Shown one piece after another: positions 61,561 to 64,000 of a DNA stretch of 64,000 nt. The stretch spans positions 496,001 to 560,000 of the forward strand of contig NC_087453.1 of NCBI RefSeq assembly GCF_036321535.1. Direction: 5' to 3'. Position 1 is the first letter of the stretch; every line of letters starts with the position of its first letter. This stretch comes from Camelus dromedarius. Taxonomy: Eukaryota. Below the pieces are notes generated by a model that ran no database searches, was not told the origin of the DNA, and saw only the letters and a list, made by a program, of their open reading frames with translations. A program made the translations under genes and the position numbers.

Positions 61561-62443
61561 GGGCAGGGTCGTCGGCGCTGGGGCTGGTAAAGGTGGGCGC
61601 TGGGGGTGCCCTGTCGACGGAGTGGGAAGAGGGAGGCAGTGAGACCTGAGGGGTCCTTGCCGCCCTGCCCCCTGCCTTGCCGGCATGTCTACCCAGTGTC
61701 CCCACCCTAGGGTGCACGGTTTTCGCCCTCTTTCCCGCCCCCAGCCACCTGTCCCCTCCTGGTCTGCCTAGGTTTCTTCACTAACCTCCAGAATGGGGCA
61801 GGGGCTGTGACCCTGTGACCAGAGGGAAGGAGGAGGGGATGGCCCCTTATCCCACCAGGCTGGGGCATCTGTCTGGTGTCTGCTGAGCTTGGCGGTTGGG
61901 GCCAGATTCTCCCTCCTCTGGACAGAGCAGGGACACCCCCCCCCCGCCCTACTGTCTGCCCCCGTCCAGATCCCGGGAGGGCCTGAGCTATTCTGGGCCC
62001 CTGATCTGGGCATCGCATCACTGTGCCTGAGCTCTGATCCAGCCTGTCTCCCCTGGTGCCAGCCAGTCGGGCAGGGATGAGAGGAAGATGGCGCTGTCCC
62101 TGCTCGGGATGGGGAGTGGGAAACGCTGACCGTCTCTCCTTGGTGGCAGCTCTGCGGGTGGGGGTGGGGTGGGGTCGGGTGCAGTGTCCTGGCCCAGGAC
62201 TCCGGGTGGGGCAGCAAGTCCTGGGGACAGGGCAGGGTGACTCATCAGCAGGCTCCTGACTGGTCATGGGGCTCACCCAGCCGGGTGTTTCTCGGTCCCT
62301 CCAGATGGGGGTGAATTTCTTTAGTGGAGGGGTGTCTCTGCAGGCAGTTGGACTGTTTGGGCTTGCCACCGGGCTCTGCTTGGCCAAGCACAGGCTGGGG
62401 AGGCTCTTCCATCCCCACTAAGCTTGGAGACCTCAGGGCCTAG

Positions 62444-63133
<690 letters not shown>

Positions 63134-63159
63134 TAGGGCTGGGCCAGGACTCAGGGTGG

Positions 63160-63169
63160 CTATTTATAG
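63160..63169. promoter_or_regulatory. Perfect MEF2 consensus site CTATTTATAG in EEF1A2 intron 2
   Basis: Matches YTA(A/T)4TAR exactly and forms an isolated AT island in GC-rich intron sequence. Confidence 0.55.
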
Positions 63170-64000
63170 CTGACCGATGGGCAACCAGCCCATCAGCCCC
63201 ACTTCCCCATGCCGAGTGGGGGCAGGCTGTTTATCCAGGATGGCGCCCTTGGAGGGCGGCGTCTTGGTCGCCTGGTGAGGATAAGAGGGCCCCATTGGCT
63301 GACCTCCCTCTCTTGAAGCCGGTCCTCTCACATGGCCGAGATCCATTGTGGGAAGTGTCCACGGAGTGGGGATCTGCTCTCTGTGTCCCCCTTACTCCAC
63401 CCCTGAGTTCTAGGAGAAGGCCCGTCCAGGGGAGCTGTGAGGGCTCTCACCTGGATGATGGCGGGGCTGGGGTCAGGGCTCAGGAGGGGGCAGTGGCTGG
63501 CCTGGGCTAAGCCTTGCGGAGGGGATGGGGGTGCTCCTGGGCCCATAGCTACATCTCCCCTTCCTTGCGGGGCTGGTGTTGAGGGGCGCTGAGGGTGTTA
63601 GCAGGGTGTCTGGTTCAGGTCCAGCTGGGCCCTGGCTGCAGAGCCTCCTTAGAGGGCAGAGCCCTGTCCAGCTGGGCAGTGACCGCAGCCCTGGCCCTGG
63701 GCATGGGGGTCTCGTGGGCTCTGGGCACAGGTGTTGGCAGAGGGCAGCCCAGGCCTTGCTTCCCCTGCTCAGGTTGGGCAGGGAAGGGAGGAGGCGCCTC
63801 GGCGCCACTCGGGTGCTTTAGGGGCTGCAGAAAGAGCTGGAAAGCCAGGCCCCTCCTTGCAGCCTCATCCCATGTCTTTCTTTTTCCCTTAAAAAAAAAT
63901 CACAGAGGGGTTTTTTGGTTGGACAGCCTGAAACCCAGTGGTGTCGTCAGCCGACACAGGGGTGGGGGGGCTGGCTTCAGATAAAGGGGAGCCCTTGGCA

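Overview
Mammalian, GC-rich genomic DNA with the gene order I recall for human 20q13.33. It is probably camelid, judged only from two tRNA-derived SINEs that resemble the camelid Vic-1 type. Left to right: an L1/ERV/SINE/LTR-rich block (about 1.2-11.3 kb), a heavily disabled HELZ2 (+, 12027-23365), FNDC11 (-, with a 156-N gap inside its CDS), SRMS (+, 8 exons), PTK6 (+, 8 exons), PPDPF (-), an old L1 relic, candidate enhancers, and the 5' end of EEF1A2 (+). The main result is that HELZ2, an interferon-induced helicase/RNB exoribonuclease, is a pseudogene at this locus. It has at least 9 in-frame stops, many frameshifts, lost splice donors and altered catalytic residues, while the neighbouring genes are intact. 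Secondary results are a Gly2 N-terminus on PTK6 (possible myristoylation gain), a shortened SH2 end and linker in SRMS, and old repeats eroded toward G/C. All comparisons with human proteins and repeat consensi are from memory, not from database searches. There are no prokaryotic features or CRISPR arrays.
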